From contig CP158635.1 of assembly GCA_050273025.1 (NCBI GenBank), forward strand, positions 30,380,001 through 30,444,000: a stretch of 64,000 nucleotides of DNA. The letters are read 5' to 3'. Positions 63,301 to 64,000 of this stretch are shown piece by piece. The translations under genes and the position numbers were made by a program. Numbering within the stretch: the first letter of the stretch is position 1; every line of letters begins with the position of its first letter. The notes under the pieces are model-generated. The model saw nothing but the letters and a program-made list of their open reading frames with translations. It did no database searches and was not told where the DNA came from. This DNA comes from Cenococcum geophilum (Eukaryota).

Positions 63301-64000
63301 TTATTCCTTTAATTAATGAGACCCTTATACGTCTAAGCTAGGTAAAGATTTTTACTAAACTTAATATCCGCTAAGCTTTCCACTAAATTAAAATAAACCC
63401 TGTATCTAAAGATTTAATAACGTTCTATACCCGCTATAGTTCCTATAAATATAAAGTTCTTCTTTTTAGACTAATAAACGGACCGGCTATATACCAAAGG
63501 TATATAAATGACGTTCTTTTTAATTACCTTAACGAATTCTATACAGCATACCTAGACGACATTCTTATATACTTAAACGACGAACTTAAGCATTAAGTTT
63601 ATGTTAAGAAGGTCCTAGAGAGACTATAGAACGCGGGCTTATAAGTCAATATTAAGAAATGCGAGTTTGGGGTAAAACGTATAAAATACCTTAGGTTTAT
63701 CGTAACTATAGAAGGAATTAAGGTTAACCCTAAGAAGGTAGAGGCAATCTATAACTAAAAGCCCCCTTATATAGTAAAAGGAATCTAGTCCTTCCTTAGT
63801 TTTTATAATTTCTACCACTAGTTTATCCGTAACTACGGAATTATAGTAAAACCTCTCGTATAACTAACTAAAAAGGATACGCCTTTTGTCTTTAATAATA
63901 GCTATATAGAGGCCTTTAAAGAGGTAAAGGATTAACTTATCTCTTCCCTAATCCTTTATTACTATAACCTAGACCTTAAATTAATACTAGAAACAGATAC
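60384..64000 (+). mobile_element. Ty3/Gypsy element G5 (related to G3), 5' LTR through RT and start of RNase H; runs off the right edge
   Basis: LTR 60384-60592 (tgtaacggc...gccgtgaca); gag from ~60822 with CFNCDKxGHFASSC ~61861-61902; protease ~62072; RT YLDD 63550-63561; RNase H ETD ~63990. Confidence 0.92.

Noticed and set aside
1..64000. Starship/tyrosine-recombinase element, Helitron, telomeric repeats or intact host genes
   Set aside because: No recognisable motifs or long ORFs. RIP could hide a relic in the unassigned segments, so absence is not proven.

Overview
This is a fungal (ascomycete) AT-rich, heavily RIP-mutated repeat block with no intact host gene, rRNA, tRNA or CRISPR array. 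Almost the whole window resolves into nested transposons whose ends are fixed by terminal repeats and target-site duplications (TSDs). From left to right: the 3' end of a Ty1/Copia element (1-964); a pogo/Fot1 DNA transposon (1617-11320) carrying a repeat-rich non-autonomous element and a Gypsy element; an outer chromodomain Gypsy element swollen to 47.7 kb (11435-59139, TSD CTAAT) that holds a Fot1-like transposon and five more Gypsy elements, nested up to four deep; and the 5' part of another Gypsy element (60384-end). Almost all transposon ORFs are broken by RIP-type stops, and the supplied ORF track is mostly repeat-derived or antisense noise. Four things stand out. (1) A 1013-bp non-coding retroposon (44992-46004; 15-bp TSD, ATT tail) whose first base is G1 of an HDV-like self-cleaving ribozyme fold. 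(2) An antisense, apparently intron-containing Zn2Cys6-like/coiled-coil accessory gene in three copies of one Gypsy family. (3) A modular family of non-autonomous DNA elements with CATC termini, 2-3 bp TSDs and shuffled minisatellite arrays. (4) Self-priming (tRNA-independent) primer-binding sites in all five Gypsy families. Family labels G1-G5 are my own, and everything was read by eye without database searches.
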